Origin: Promethearchaeia archaeon
Lineage (GTDB): Archaea > Asgardarchaeota > Lokiarchaeia > Sigyniarchaeales > SOKP01
Assembly: GCA_029856155.1 (NCBI GenBank)
Contig: JAHQWL010000040.1
Coordinates: 96,001 to 160,000 of the forward strand
Length of the DNA: 64,000 nt
Reading direction: 5' to 3'
The position numbers and the translations under genes are program-made. Below, one piece after another: positions 11,043-21,881 of the stretch. The notes beneath the pieces are model-generated. The model saw only the letters and a list, made by a program, of their open reading frames with translations. It had not been told where the DNA came from and ran no database searches. Position 1 is the stretch's first letter, and each line of letters starts with the position of its first letter.

Positions 11043-12710
11043 ATGTCAATTAAGAAAGAAGAATTAGATCCAAGAAGAGCTTATGAAAGAGCATTATATT
11101 TAGGATGTGGTTATTCTTATAATGATTTAAAAAAACCTAAAGTTGCTATAGTGAATTCTTGGAATGCTATAAATCCCGGTCACGTACATTTACTTAAATT
11201 GGCTGAATTTGTTAAGGATAGCGTAAAGGAGTCTGGTGGTACTCCCATGGAATTTAATACCATTGCAATTTGTGACGGAATTGCTAATTCAGGAAATTTT
11301 TCTAAATATGTTTTACCTTCTCGAGAGATTATTGCTGCTTCTGTTGAATGTACAATAAAAGCTTACAATTTTGATGGGATGGTAATGTTATGCTCTTGTG
11401 ATAAGATAATACCTGGGATGCTTTTAGCAGCAGCCAGATGCAATATTCCAACTATTTTTTTAACTGGAGGAATTATGCTTCCTAAAACATTTCAAGATGG
11501 ACCTCTTAAAGGTAAAACCTTTGTAACATCTGATATTAAAGAGGCGATTGGAAAGTATAATGCAGGGTTAATATCAAAGGAAGATTTTTTTCTCATTGAA
11601 TCAGAAACATGTTGTTCTCCTGGAGCTTGTAATATGATGGGTACTGCCAATACTATGGCTTGTATCGTCGAAACTATGGGACTTTCTTTACCAGGTTGTG
11701 CAACAATGAGTGCAGTTAGTGAGGAACGAATAGAATTATGCAGAGACACAGGAAAGTCGATAATGAACTTAATTGAAAAAAGAATAAGGGCTTTAGATAT
11801 AATCACTCATGATTCAATTGAAAATGCAATTAAGGTTGCACTATCATTTGGTGGTTCTACTAATATGGTACTACATTTATGTGCGTTATCACATGAATTA
11901 GGTGGTAATCTAAACCATTTTGATTTTGATAGAATTAGCAAAACAGTTCCTCTACTAGCCAAATTCAAACCCGCATCAGAATATAATCTCTCAGAGTTTC
12001 ATGAAGCTGGTGGTGTAAAAGTTTTAATGAAAAAATTATCAAAACTTTTAAATTTATCAACAAAAACAGTTCTGGGTTTAACTCTTAAAGATTATCTTAA
12101 AAATATAGAATTTGAAGATTTCCAGATTATAAGGAACTTAGAAGATCCTATCTCAAGTGAAGGAGCGATTGCAGTATTAAAAGGAAATTTAGCACCTGAA
12201 GGTGCTATAATAAAACAAAGTGCTGTTGATCCCAAAATGAGATATCATAAGGGTCCTGCTAAAGTCTTTGAATGTGAAGAAGACTTGAAAGATGCTTTAA
12301 TATCAAATATTATTGAAAAAGGGGATGTATTAGTGATACGTTATGAAGGACCTAAGGGTTCTCCAGGGATGAGAGAATTGTCAATTCCGGCAGCAATTTT
12401 AATTGGTATGGGTTTGGGTGATTCAGTAGCAATGATAACGGATGGAAGATACTCTGGAGCTACGAGAGGTCCTTGTATAGGGCATGTTTGTCCTGAAGCA
12501 ATTGAGGGTGGCCCAATTGCAATTGTTCAAAATGGTGATATAATAGAAATTGATCTTGATAATCGAAAATTAGACTTATTAATCCCTCAAGCAGAAATAG
12601 AGACCCGTTTAAACATGTGGGAAAAACCTGAAGTAAAGTTTAAAACGGGTTATTTAGGCATTTATAGAAAAATCGTAAGCTCAGCAAAGTATGGAGCATA
12701 TCTACAATAA
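11043..12710 (+). CDS. ilvD: Dihydroxy-acid dehydratase (IlvD/Edd family)
   Basis: [43 protein letters not shown]. Confidence 0.93.
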   Translation: MSIKKEELDPRRAYERALYLGCGYSYNDLKKPKVAIVNSWNAINPGHVHLLKLAEFVKDSVKESGGTPMEFNTIAICDGIANSGNFSKYVLPSREIIAASVECTIKAYNFDGMVMLCSCDKIIPGMLLAAARCNIPTIFLTGGIMLPKTFQDGPLKGKTFVTSDIKEAIGKYNAGLISKEDFFLIESETCCSPGACNMMGTANTMACIVETMGLSLPGCATMSAVSEERIELCRDTGKSIMNLIEKRIRALDIITHDSIENAIKVALSFGGSTNMVLHLCALSHELGGNLNHFDFDRISKTVPLLAKFKPASEYNLSEFHEAGGVKVLMKKLSKLLNLSTKTVLGLTLKDYLKNIEFEDFQIIRNLEDPISSEGAIAVLKGNLAPEGAIIKQSAVDPKMRYHKGPAKVFECEEDLKDALISNIIEKGDVLVIRYEGPKGSPGMRELSIPAAILIGMGLGDSVAMITDGRYSGATRGPCIGHVCPEAIEGGPIAIVQNGDIIEIDLDNRKLDLLIPQAEIETRLNMWEKPEVKFKTGYLGIYRKIVSSAKYGAYLQ

Positions 12711-12721
12711 ATTGTTAAATT

Positions 12722-13882
12722 ATGATTGATGAAACGCGTATATTAAAAAATTTAAAAGAATTTTCTTTTCCAAGGTTATCTGGAACTGACTTTGAGAAGA
12801 AATCGTTCATAATTGCTAAAAAGAAGATAGAAGATCTAAGTTTTTCACCAATAGTTCAACAATTTTCTTTTAGTATTTTTTATTCAAGAATTTATCCTAA
12901 AGTTGCTTTAACATTACTAAGTTGGCTTCTTATGGTTTTAGTTTTGAATTTTAATTTAGTTTTCAATGTAGTTAATCTATTTTTGATATTCATTTTAATT
13001 TTGATTCTAATTATATATACTCGGAATCCAGAGACAATTAAAGTACAGCATGAATATCATTCTCAGAATTTATTTGTGAAACTATCATCTCAGGCTAAGA
13101 ATGGAAGCTCAGATTATAATATTTTCCTACTTTCACATTTAGATTCAAAAGGACAGACATTCTCGATAAAAATTCGCATCCAGTTGTATTATATATGGAT
13201 TATTACTTTTTTCTTAGGTCTTTTAATTACAATCCTAAATTCTATTTTCTTAACTGAAGATTTCTTATTAATAGATATATTCGCAATTTTGATCATAAGT
13301 ATTAATTTTGGAGCTACTGTTGTAATTTGGATAAATACAACTAATAATAAATCTAAAGGAGCTATAGATAATGCTTCTGGAATATCATGTGTTTTAGAAC
13401 TGCTACATTATTATTCAAATCCAAAAAATATGCTCAATAATTATGATTTGTGGTTTGTGTTTACCGGCGCAGAAGAATCTGGGACTATGGGTGTAAGAAA
13501 TTTTTATAATAATATTAAAGATTTTGATAGAGATAAGACTTTCATAATCAACTTTGACTCTATCGCTAAAAAAGTAAATCTATGGGATCATGGTCTACTT
13601 AATAATAAAAATTATAAATCTTTTAATTATATTTTAGAAAATAAAGATATAATGAGTTTAGAGAAGAAAACACATAGGTTTTACATTGGTACATATAGTG
13701 ATGGATTATTTCTATTAAATAAGAGATTCAAAGGACTTGGTAATGGAGACAAAAGCACTTATAATTATGTTCATTCTGAAAACGATGATCTGGATAAAAT
13801 TGATATAAATGTATTGAAGAAACTCTGCCAATTTTATACAGTCCTATTAAATGAAGTTGATATTAATTTAAATAAACAATAA
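12722..13882 (+). CDS. Membrane-embedded M28 family metallopeptidase
   Basis: SHLDSK, GAIDNASG, AEESG, YVHSENDD; internal TM hairpins. Confidence 0.85.
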   Translation: MIDETRILKNLKEFSFPRLSGTDFEKKSFIIAKKKIEDLSFSPIVQQFSFSIFYSRIYPKVALTLLSWLLMVLVLNFNLVFNVVNLFLIFILILILIIYTRNPETIKVQHEYHSQNLFVKLSSQAKNGSSDYNIFLLSHLDSKGQTFSIKIRIQLYYIWIITFFLGLLITILNSIFLTEDFLLIDIFAILIISINFGATVVIWINTTNNKSKGAIDNASGISCVLELLHYYSNPKNMLNNYDLWFVFTGAEESGTMGVRNFYNNIKDFDRDKTFIINFDSIAKKVNLWDHGLLNNKNYKSFNYILENKDIMSLEKKTHRFYIGTYSDGLFLLNKRFKGLGNGDKSTYNYVHSENDDLDKIDINVLKKLCQFYTVLLNEVDINLNKQ

Positions 13883-13899
13883 TAGAGTGCTGATTAGTT

Positions 13900-15438
13900 A
13901 TCCAGTATAATAATAAGGATTTAGGAATAGTTATTACTCCTCCTAATACTGTAGAATATATTATATCAAGATTAGGAAGAATTCAAGAAGATCACAAAAT
14001 TATGGACCCGTGTGCAGGACCTGGCATTTTTATAAAGAAGTTACTAGAATCTGGAATTAATAAAAATCAAATATTTGCTTATGATATAAATTCAAACTTT
14101 AAAAGCGAAATAGAAAAATTAGGTCTTTTCTTTAAGGAGCAAGATACACTTCTAGCTTTATATCCTGACTCATATAATGAATTTGATTTTATTGTGGGCA
14201 ATCCACCATATTTAAACAAGGCAAGTAAATATGTTCGTAAAAACAAAGCAAAACTACGAAAAATATATGGGAAAATAAATGCTCATGAAACATATGCAAT
14301 GTTTATTGTTAATAGTATTTGGAGATTAAAAGATGGAGGAAAACTTGGTTTTATCACCAGCGATTCGTTCTTAACTCTAAGTACCCATAAAAAGCTAAGA
14401 AGATTTATCCTTAATACCTGTAAAATTAACGAGATTCTTTTAGCACCAAAAAATTTGTTTTCTAATCAAAATGTAAGTACAAGCCCTGCAATTATAATTT
14501 TAACAAAATGTTCTGGTCAGAAAAATAAAGTTAACAGAGATAATAATTTAATGAGGATAATTCCTCGAATAAATAATGAGGAAGACTACCAATCTCCTCC
14601 AAATGTTAATCAAATAAAGCAATTCAAGTATAATTTTTTACCATTTAACATTTTTTATACCGATGTTGATGAAAAAGTTATTGAATTATTTGAAAAAGCT
14701 CCTAAATTAGAAGAATACTTAAAGGGTTTTATAGGAATGCACACACATAATAATAGAAAATACATTGCTGCTATTGAGGGCACAGAACTAGCTGAGTTGT
14801 TTAATAATAGAAACATGAAGATTAATGATTCGCAAAATAAATTCAAAATTATTAAGAGATCGGGTTTAGAAAACATTAAATGGAAACCTTATTTAAAACG
14901 AGGTGGCGCCGACCAGTATTATCGACCAATCATGGAAGCCTTAGATTGGAGTGAGGAAGCTATAAAAATTTATGATATTCCAAAAAATGTACCGTTTGAA
15001 GAAGAAGGGATAATAATAAGCGGAGTAAGTTCAAGATTAGCAGCACGTTATATGCCAAGGGGATGCTATTGGGATTCTAATAAAGCAATTGGATTTATAA
15101 TTAAAAGTAAATTTGTTTCAATTGGCTATATGTTAGGTTTGCTTAATAGCTCGTTATATAATTACCTTGCCAAGGGAATTATCAATAATACTAGTAGTAT
15201 CCAAATTACTGGAATCCATGCCATCCCTTTTATAGAACCCGAAAAGGAAATTAAAGAAACAGTAGAAAAATTAGTGGAAACAATTATTAAATGTAAAGAA
15301 AAAAACTCTAAGTATGATTATAATAAAGAGCAGAAAGTAATTGATGATACTATTTTTGATTTTTATGCTAGAAAATTTAACCTTCCTAACAATTTAAAGA
15401 AAGTTTTAGATGATAAATATTCAATTTATCAGAATTAG
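13900..15438 (+). CDS. N6-adenine DNA methyltransferase (Eco57I/TaqI-like), no adjacent endonuclease
   Basis: DPCAGPG motif I and GNPPY motif IV; the frame stays open upstream of ATG 14002 through motif X (LGIVITPP) to a TGA at 13891, so the start is uncertain (ATC at 13900 proposed). Confidence 0.85.
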   Translation: MQYNNKDLGIVITPPNTVEYIISRLGRIQEDHKIMDPCAGPGIFIKKLLESGINKNQIFAYDINSNFKSEIEKLGLFFKEQDTLLALYPDSYNEFDFIVGNPPYLNKASKYVRKNKAKLRKIYGKINAHETYAMFIVNSIWRLKDGGKLGFITSDSFLTLSTHKKLRRFILNTCKINEILLAPKNLFSNQNVSTSPAIIILTKCSGQKNKVNRDNNLMRIIPRINNEEDYQSPPNVNQIKQFKYNFLPFNIFYTDVDEKVIELFEKAPKLEEYLKGFIGMHTHNNRKYIAAIEGTELAELFNNRNMKINDSQNKFKIIKRSGLENIKWKPYLKRGGADQYYRPIMEALDWSEEAIKIYDIPKNVPFEEEGIIISGVSSRLAARYMPRGCYWDSNKAIGFIIKSKFVSIGYMLGLLNSSLYNYLAKGIINNTSSIQITGIHAIPFIEPEKEIKETVEKLVETIIKCKEKNSKYDYNKEQKVIDDTIFDFYARKFNLPNNLKKVLDDKYSIYQN

Positions 15439-17264
15439 AGCTTTTCTCCTTTACTTTCTTGCTCATATTTCTTTCTTCGGTCTTCTATATACTCTGGTAT
15501 TGGAACATCCCACCAACCCACAGCGGGAGATCCTGTATAGGGATATTCCCTTTGAACTTCAATTTCTATTACTGCTGGTTTTCCTGATTTAGCAGCTCTT
15601 TCAAGTGTAGGAATAATCTCTTTTTTGCCAGAAATTTTTTCAGAATAACACCCAAATGCTTCACCGATTTTAGCAAAATCAGGAGAATATGTTTTTCCCT
15701 TAATATCTTGAAAAGCTGTACCATAAGCCCTATCCTCTCCAAACGCAGCTTGTTGTAAGTCCTTAATTGCAATCCAACCATGATTATTAAGAACAATAAA
15801 GAAGATATTATCTAATCCGAGTTGGACTGCCATAGATAATTCTGATATAGTCATCATAAAATCTCCATCTCCAACAAGCGCAACAACTTGTCTATTAGGT
15901 TTTCCAATATCAATTGACCCCAATTTAGCTCCAATTGCTGCAGGAACACAATATCCCATTGTTGAGAATCCTCCAGCGGTAAGACATGTGTTAGGTTCAT
16001 AAAACACTAATTCTTGAAGCATCTGAGCTTGCACATTTCCAGAACTAGTTACTATTACAGCATCTCTGTCAAAAAAGTTTCTTACTTCTCTTAAAACTGT
16101 AGATATCATAACAGGTATTTTTGAATCATCTCGATTCTCATCAAGAAATTTGAACCATCTATGTTTCTCTTGTTGAATTTCTTTATAGTATTCTGTATTC
16201 TTATAATCTCTTGAATAATTTCCTAATTCTTCCAAAATTTGGGTCAGACAAGCTTTAGCGTCACCAACTATTCCTACAGAAACAGGATAATTCTTACCTA
16301 TTTCATGTGGATCGATATCAATTTGAATTAGTTTTGTTGGTGGAATGGAAAAGCTTACGCCATCTTTATATGAACTCGCAGTTTGATCAGCAAATCTACA
16401 ACCAATTGCGAGAATAACATCTGCATTTGAAGTCATTTTTAGTCCAACTGTCGTACCTTTGGAACCCGCTGACCAGCAATAAAGTGGATGAGAATTATCA
16501 ATAATATCTTTTCCCATCATGGTAACCACTATTGCTGCACCTATTCTTTCTGCTATACTTTTAACTTCTTCACTTGTATTTGAAGAAATTGCTCCTCCGC
16601 CTATGAATAAAACAGGTCTTCTTGAGTCTTTAATTAACTGTACAGCTTTTTTTATAATTTCAGGATCACCCCTCATACGTCCAACTGATCTCCTCTCTAG
16701 AGGCTCTGGAATTTCTACATCAATAGAATTCGCTTGTACATCCATAGGAAGATCAATATGAACAGGTCCTCTTCTTCCTGTTAACATAATATTAAAAGCT
16801 CTCTGCATTATCGTTGCTAGTTGCCCTACAGTATCAACCTCGAAACTGCGTTTTACAATAGGTTCTAAAATTTTAGGCATATTAGAATTTTTTTTTCTTT
16901 CAATTTCTTGGAGTACACCTTTACCTCTCATATGAACATGAGTATCTCCAGTAATAATAAGGCAAGGAAAAGAATCAACAAAAGCATCGGCAACTCCAAT
17001 AGCAGTGTTAATTGCTCCAGGTCCAATTGAAGTAAAAACACATAAGGGTAGTCCTGTAACTCTATAATATCCTACTGCGAGATGAACTCCTGCCATTTCC
17101 TGCTTAGGTTGAATCAACTGGATTTTCTCCTTATTTTTGAAGAAAGCATCTACAAGAGGAAGATTTCCATGACCAGGAATCCCGACAATATATTTTACTC
17201 CCTCTTTTATCAGATATTTGGTGATAATCTCTCCACCAGTGTATTTAGACATTTTTAATTCCAT
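15435..17264 (-). CDS. Thiamine-diphosphate-dependent enzyme, acetolactate synthase large subunit family
   Basis: GIPGHG, SIGPG, GDGDFMM...NN ThDP motif. Confidence 0.9.
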   Translation of the reverse strand: MELKMSKYTGGEIITKYLIKEGVKYIVGIPGHGNLPLVDAFFKNKEKIQLIQPKQEMAGVHLAVGYYRVTGLPLCVFTSIGPGAINTAIGVADAFVDSFPCLIITGDTHVHMRGKGVLQEIERKKNSNMPKILEPIVKRSFEVDTVGQLATIMQRAFNIMLTGRRGPVHIDLPMDVQANSIDVEIPEPLERRSVGRMRGDPEIIKKAVQLIKDSRRPVLFIGGGAISSNTSEEVKSIAERIGAAIVVTMMGKDIIDNSHPLYCWSAGSKGTTVGLKMTSNADVILAIGCRFADQTASSYKDGVSFSIPPTKLIQIDIDPHEIGKNYPVSVGIVGDAKACLTQILEELGNYSRDYKNTEYYKEIQQEKHRWFKFLDENRDDSKIPVMISTVLREVRNFFDRDAVIVTSSGNVQAQMLQELVFYEPNTCLTAGGFSTMGYCVPAAIGAKLGSIDIGKPNRQVVALVGDGDFMMTISELSMAVQLGLDNIFFIVLNNHGWIAIKDLQQAAFGEDRAYGTAFQDIKGKTYSPDFAKIGEAFGCYSEKISGKKEIIPTLERAAKSGKPAVIEIEVQREYPYTGSPAVGWWDVPIPEYIEDRRKKYEQESKGEKL

Positions 17265-17437
17265 TTAGTTTATTGGTTTTTATTAAATATAATTTGCTAA
17301 TATAAAAATAGATTTTAGTTTGTTTATCATTCATGGATAGCTAAATTAATTTAAAATTTCGAGAAAAATCGATAATATGTACATATTATTCTTATTTAAA
17401 TTATCTCATAATTTGAGATCTTTCTTGGAATATAATA

Positions 17438-17716
17438 ATGCAAACAATAACTCATGTAAGCAATAGATTAAACCTCTTGCAAACAAAACGAGAAAAATTA
17501 AGAAAGTTGCTTCTGAATTATATAAATTTTCTAATTAAATGTCTTAATAGTACAGAATCAAAAAACGAAGCAAAACGGGTCCTAGCGTCACTAAAGGCAC
17601 TTGAAAACAAAATGTGGATTCAAAACCATTCTGATGAAGATTTATCCCATAATTCTTATTTAAGTGAAGAGAGAAAAATCTATCAAGCAATAGAAAATTT
17701 ATACTTACCTTATTGA
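17438..17716 (+). CDS. Hypothetical protein
   Basis: 92-aa ORF with ATG start; no recognisable motif. Confidence 0.5.
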   Translation: MQTITHVSNRLNLLQTKREKLRKLLLNYINFLIKCLNSTESKNEAKRVLASLKALENKMWIQNHSDEDLSHNSYLSEERKIYQAIENLYLPY

Positions 17717-17771
17717 AAAAGATGATTGTTATTTCTTCCTATTTTGATTAGTGGTAATTTTAAAAATATAT

Positions 17772-17824
17772 TCTACTATTTCTCTACTACAAACATTTAA
17801 ATATTATAGTAGATATTATAGTAG
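17772..17824. promoter_or_regulatory. Putative operator: two TCTACTA boxes and a perfect 12-bp tandem ATATTATAGTAG x2 flanking a TATA-like TTTAAATA
   Basis: TCTACTA at 17772 and 17783; ATATTATAGTAG at 17801 and 17813 (core is the inverse of the upstream boxes); directly upstream of a DNA-binding-like gene. Confidence 0.5.
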
Positions 17825-17838
17825 TAAGTGAGAATATT

Positions 17839-18264
17839 ATGCCAAAAAAAATTGATAAAGAGAAATATGTACGTATTCTTGAAAGACTTGAAAAAGGAGA
17901 AAAACAATCCTCTATTGTTATTGATGAAAAGTGTTCATATGGCACAATCTCAGCAGCTAAACAATGGGATAAAGAAGGAAGACCTTCTACTATTATATCT
18001 TCTACTAAATCAGTAGCAAATACAACAAGAATAATTTTTTCAATTCCAACTTTCTGGCTCGATCTTTTAAATGAAAATATTGAAGCAGGGATTTGGATGG
18101 ATTATTCTGATGCAATCGTAGACATAATTCGTACGCATTTTCGAATAAGAATGGATTCACATAAACCTGCTCATGGGGATATCCCTACTTTTGCTGATAA
18201 AGGTGAAAATTTTGGAAAAATAAGGAAAAGTATTCTTAAAGACTTAAAAAATAACAAGAAATGA
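17839..18264 (+). CDS. Putative DNA-binding protein (N-terminal HTH-like, C-terminal ribbon-helix-helix-like)
   Basis: ILERLEKGEKQSSIVIDEKCSYGTIS (HTH-like) and IIFSIPTFWLDLLNENIEAGIWMDYSDAIVDIIR (CopG/RHH-like). Confidence 0.55.
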   Translation: MPKKIDKEKYVRILERLEKGEKQSSIVIDEKCSYGTISAAKQWDKEGRPSTIISSTKSVANTTRIIFSIPTFWLDLLNENIEAGIWMDYSDAIVDIIRTHFRIRMDSHKPAHGDIPTFADKGENFGKIRKSILKDLKNNKK

Positions 18265-18381
18265 AGTAATATTTTTGTAAACTAAAATTTTATTGAAAAT
18301 TCAATATCCCCTCTCTTTTTATAAGGAAAATTTCAAGATTTAAACATATACCACATAAAGGTATGATATTCTAGTTAGTGG

Positions 18382-19680
18382 ATGGGTAAAGTGCCTTCTG
18401 TTTTAGAAAAGATTCGTATCTTAGGAGAAAATTCAAAATATGATATTTGTGCAAGTACCGCTTCCAGTCGTACCGATAAATATCCAAAGCTTTTTGGAGA
18501 TTCAAAAGAATGGATTGGAGCTACGGCAAGTGCAGGCATTTGCCATTCTTATACCCCTGATGGACGATGTATGAGTCTTTTTAAAACACTTTATACGAAC
18601 AAATGTATTTATAATTGTAAGTATTGTTTTTCTCATAGTGCAAAGCGGAAGATGAGTTTTACTCCAGAAGAGTATGCTCGAACATTCATGAAGCTCTATT
18701 CGATGAATGTTGTGGAAGGAGTATTTATTTCATCAGGAGTATGTGGTAGTGCTGATAAGACAACCGAAGAAATGTTAGAAGCAATTCGACTTCTCAGATT
18801 CAAATATAAATTTCGAGGGTATGTTCATTTTAAATGTTTACCAGGTGTGAATCAATATTTATTGAAGGAAGCAATAACTCTGTCTGATCGCATATCAATT
18901 AACTCTGAGGCTTCCACTAAAGACCATCTAGCTGAAATCGCTGACCAGAAAGACTTCAACAATGACATTATAACACGCCAACGTTGGTTAAAACAAATTC
19001 GAATTAAGCATAATGATGAAGCGCTTAAAGCTATGCGAGATTTTAAGCAAGATAATCAATTGAAATTCCAAGAAAGAATGATTAAGGATCGACGAGAAGA
19101 TGGATATAAAAAATTTAGATGGGATGGAGCACCAATTCTTAACAGCGGGCAAACAACACAATTTGTAGTAGGTGCTGCCGAAAATGAGACTGATTATGAG
19201 CTTCTTAAAAGGATTGATTGGGGATATAAAGGAATTGATTTAAGGCGAGCATATTTTTCTTCATTTATTCCTATAGAAGGAACACCCTTAGCTGGAAAAC
19301 AAGCAGCGCCATTAGCAAGGGAGCACAGGCTATATCAAAGTGATTGGTTATTACGGATCTATCATTATAAACTAAAAGATTTAAAAGAAATACTAACTGA
19401 AGAGGATAATTTACCTAAAGGTGATCCTAAAATGCACTTAGCAAGAAAGCATTTTAAAGATCATGGCCTTGTAGATCCCAATCAAGCCTCTTACCAAGAA
19501 TTAATTCGAGTTCCTGGAATTGGTCCGATTTCTGCTAAAAGAATAATTAACCTGCAAACTAGAAAATTTGAATTTAGGCATAGGAAAGATCTAAAATCGG
19601 TTGGTGTAGTTTTAAAGAGAGCTGATCCATACCTTTTGATAAATAAAGGAAGTCAAACAACTCTGAACAATTTTATTTAG
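18382..19680 (+). CDS. Putative DNA modification/repair radical SAM protein with C-terminal HhH (TIGR03916-like)
   Basis: SKYDICAS, GICHSYTPDGRC, CIYNCKYC, REHRLYQSDWLLR, RVPGIGPISAKRI. Confidence 0.9.
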   Translation: MGKVPSVLEKIRILGENSKYDICASTASSRTDKYPKLFGDSKEWIGATASAGICHSYTPDGRCMSLFKTLYTNKCIYNCKYCFSHSAKRKMSFTPEEYARTFMKLYSMNVVEGVFISSGVCGSADKTTEEMLEAIRLLRFKYKFRGYVHFKCLPGVNQYLLKEAITLSDRISINSEASTKDHLAEIADQKDFNNDIITRQRWLKQIRIKHNDEALKAMRDFKQDNQLKFQERMIKDRREDGYKKFRWDGAPILNSGQTTQFVVGAAENETDYELLKRIDWGYKGIDLRRAYFSSFIPIEGTPLAGKQAAPLAREHRLYQSDWLLRIYHYKLKDLKEILTEEDNLPKGDPKMHLARKHFKDHGLVDPNQASYQELIRVPGIGPISAKRIINLQTRKFEFRHRKDLKSVGVVLKRADPYLLINKGSQTTLNNFI

Positions 19681-19715
19681 TTAAGTGAGAATAAAATTAT
19701 GGGAAGAGAAATCTA

Positions 19716-20378
19716 ATGAAAAAAATAAAAGAAGTTCAAGATCCATTAGAAGTTGTTGGGTGTGCTAAAGGTCACTCATATAATGAATTGATTCAAAATC
19801 TTCCTCGTCATTGCAAATTTTCTCCCATCCTAATCAAACAAATTAAAGAAATTCCAGAAGTCGTTTTACGTAATTTAGGTACCCCATTTGCGAGGAAAAT
19901 CAACCTAATGATGCGAGAAGTGTCTACTGAATCATATCGTGCAAGACAATTTACACGAACGCAGATAAATAATCGCGGTGTTTTATATGGAGTGGTTTTA
20001 TTGAAACATCATGTAATTGATATTATTTTAGAATATTTCCATGAAAGATGGCCGCAATGTATAATTTGTTTATATAATGAATACAATCATAAAACAACGA
20101 TAATAGATGAAAAGGGGAAAATCGAAGCATTTGATTCCCCTTTAAAAAATGTAGTGGAAAAAGTTAGTAAAAATAGGGATGTTATCCCTTATTTCAATGA
20201 TATTCAATTTTCAGGAGAAAGGATTTTCGAGACACTATATAATTCACAATTTATATCTGAACGAGAAAACCAAAGCTATTTCAAGCGAATGGTTCCAGAC
20301 AAATGCTTTGAATTACCTGGGATGAGAAGTGGAGTAGAAAAACGTTTTCGAAATAAAAAGATTAATGATTATCTGTAA
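19716..20378 (+). CDS. DUF4130/TIGR03915-like partner of the radical SAM protein
   Basis: Follows the radical SAM gene; YFHERWPQ and YNSQFISEREN...KRMVP resemble DUF4130. Confidence 0.65.
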   Translation: MKKIKEVQDPLEVVGCAKGHSYNELIQNLPRHCKFSPILIKQIKEIPEVVLRNLGTPFARKINLMMREVSTESYRARQFTRTQINNRGVLYGVVLLKHHVIDIILEYFHERWPQCIICLYNEYNHKTTIIDEKGKIEAFDSPLKNVVEKVSKNRDVIPYFNDIQFSGERIFETLYNSQFISERENQSYFKRMVPDKCFELPGMRSGVEKRFRNKKINDYL

Positions 20379-20382
20379 TTTA

Positions 20383-21162
20383 TTAGACTATTTTCGCAAA
20401 TAATTCTTTACTTGTTATATATGCTTCACTTTCATTTGGCAAGTTTAGGAGATTTTCACCAACTATATTCATTTTACTTATTTCATCGCTATTAGCAATA
20501 AAACCAAGAAGTTTTACGTATTCTTGTTTGATTTTGGCGACTTCCTTTTCTAAAATATCTCTTATATTTTCTGGAAACCGATTCCCAAGTATCCAAATAT
20601 TCTCAAATTTTAGATCGACCTCCTTAGAAACTTCTAATATGCGGTTCATAGTATGAATACCCATTTTGCTTGGATCACTTACTATAACTAAGTCTGTGAC
20701 GTTTCGACCCGTTTTTCGGGCAAAGTATTCCAATCCTGCGGGGGCATCTATTAACGTCACATCATAATTTTTAGAGAGGATGTCAATCACCCGCTTTAAG
20801 GTGTTATTTACACTGCAATAGCACCCTTCACCTTCGCTACGCCCCATTTCTAAGATATCAAAGTTGTCCATTTCGATTAAAGCATCAAAAACCTCAGATT
20901 CAATGATCTGAGCTTTCGACACGTTAAGGGGGATCTGTCGTTTTTGTATCTGGTCTTTCAAAACCGTCATTTTTCCGCCGATAGTTTCTTTAAAATGGAT
21001 TTCTTTTCCGATAATATCTCCGATATTTGCATCGGGATCTGCATCAATTACGAGAATGTTGAGATCTTTAAATTTTTCAAGGAGAAATTTGAGCATTAAG
21101 ACAAGAAGCGTGGATTTTCCAACCCCGCCCTTTCCAGAAAATGAGATAATTTTTTTCATCAC
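20383..21162 (-). CDS. cooC: CooC/AcsF-type nickel-insertion ATPase
   Basis: GKGGVGKS, IDADPDAN, GEGCYC, AGLEYFAR. Confidence 0.88.
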   Translation of the reverse strand: MMKKIISFSGKGGVGKSTLLVLMLKFLLEKFKDLNILVIDADPDANIGDIIGKEIHFKETIGGKMTVLKDQIQKRQIPLNVSKAQIIESEVFDALIEMDNFDILEMGRSEGEGCYCSVNNTLKRVIDILSKNYDVTLIDAPAGLEYFARKTGRNVTDLVIVSDPSKMGIHTMNRILEVSKEVDLKFENIWILGNRFPENIRDILEKEVAKIKQEYVKLLGFIANSDEISKMNIVGENLLNLPNESEAYITSKELFAKIV

Positions 21163-21429
21163 TAAAACACTTAAAATAAGTAATATTTCTCTATGTAAAG
21201 GTAATTGATTTAAAATTAAAAACTTATTATAAATAATTCAAAAGAATAGGACTTGTTAAAATAAGAATTATAAGTGGAAGTAATATGGATATTAATAATT
21301 AATAACTTATCTTCTTTTTTACTTTAATTTTAAAAAAAGGAAAAAATTCCTTTTGTGTGAATGAGTTTTTATACAAAAATGTATTAAAGTAAATTACCTA
21401 CTTACACATTATAATAGAGGTCGAATGAT

Positions 21430-21726
21430 ATGATTTATATGGTAACAGTGTGGTATCCGTGCGATCAGGCAAAAAATGTAATAGAGGCAACTAAAAAAGC
21501 CCCTAAATTGCCTGATTATATTAAAAAGTGGCTACTTTATGGCACACCTGATGGAAATAATGGTTATAAGGTTTACAATCTTATTTATGTTAAGGAAGGG
21601 ATTTCAGATGAAGCCGTTATTTTTATTGGGAAAATGCAGCAATATTTTATTGAAAATATCAATGGATATCATTGGAAGGCGGAACTGGTTTTAGGAATGA
21701 AAGATAGCATGAAATTATTTTTATAA
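21430..21726 (+). CDS. Hypothetical protein
   Basis: 98-aa ORF preceded by SD-like GAGGT. Confidence 0.6.
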   Translation: MIYMVTVWYPCDQAKNVIEATKKAPKLPDYIKKWLLYGTPDGNNGYKVYNLIYVKEGISDEAVIFIGKMQQYFIENINGYHWKAELVLGMKDSMKLFL

Positions 21727-21881
21727 TTTACAAATCTTCATTTTTTTTTTTAATTTCTTTTTTTCTAATTAAAGAGCAAATACTCTTTGATACGTCAAAA
21801 AAACCTAAATAAGACTTATTCAACAAAATTAGGGAGTTGCTAGTAAGAAATATAAAATTGGTAAACGCAGATATTAATATT

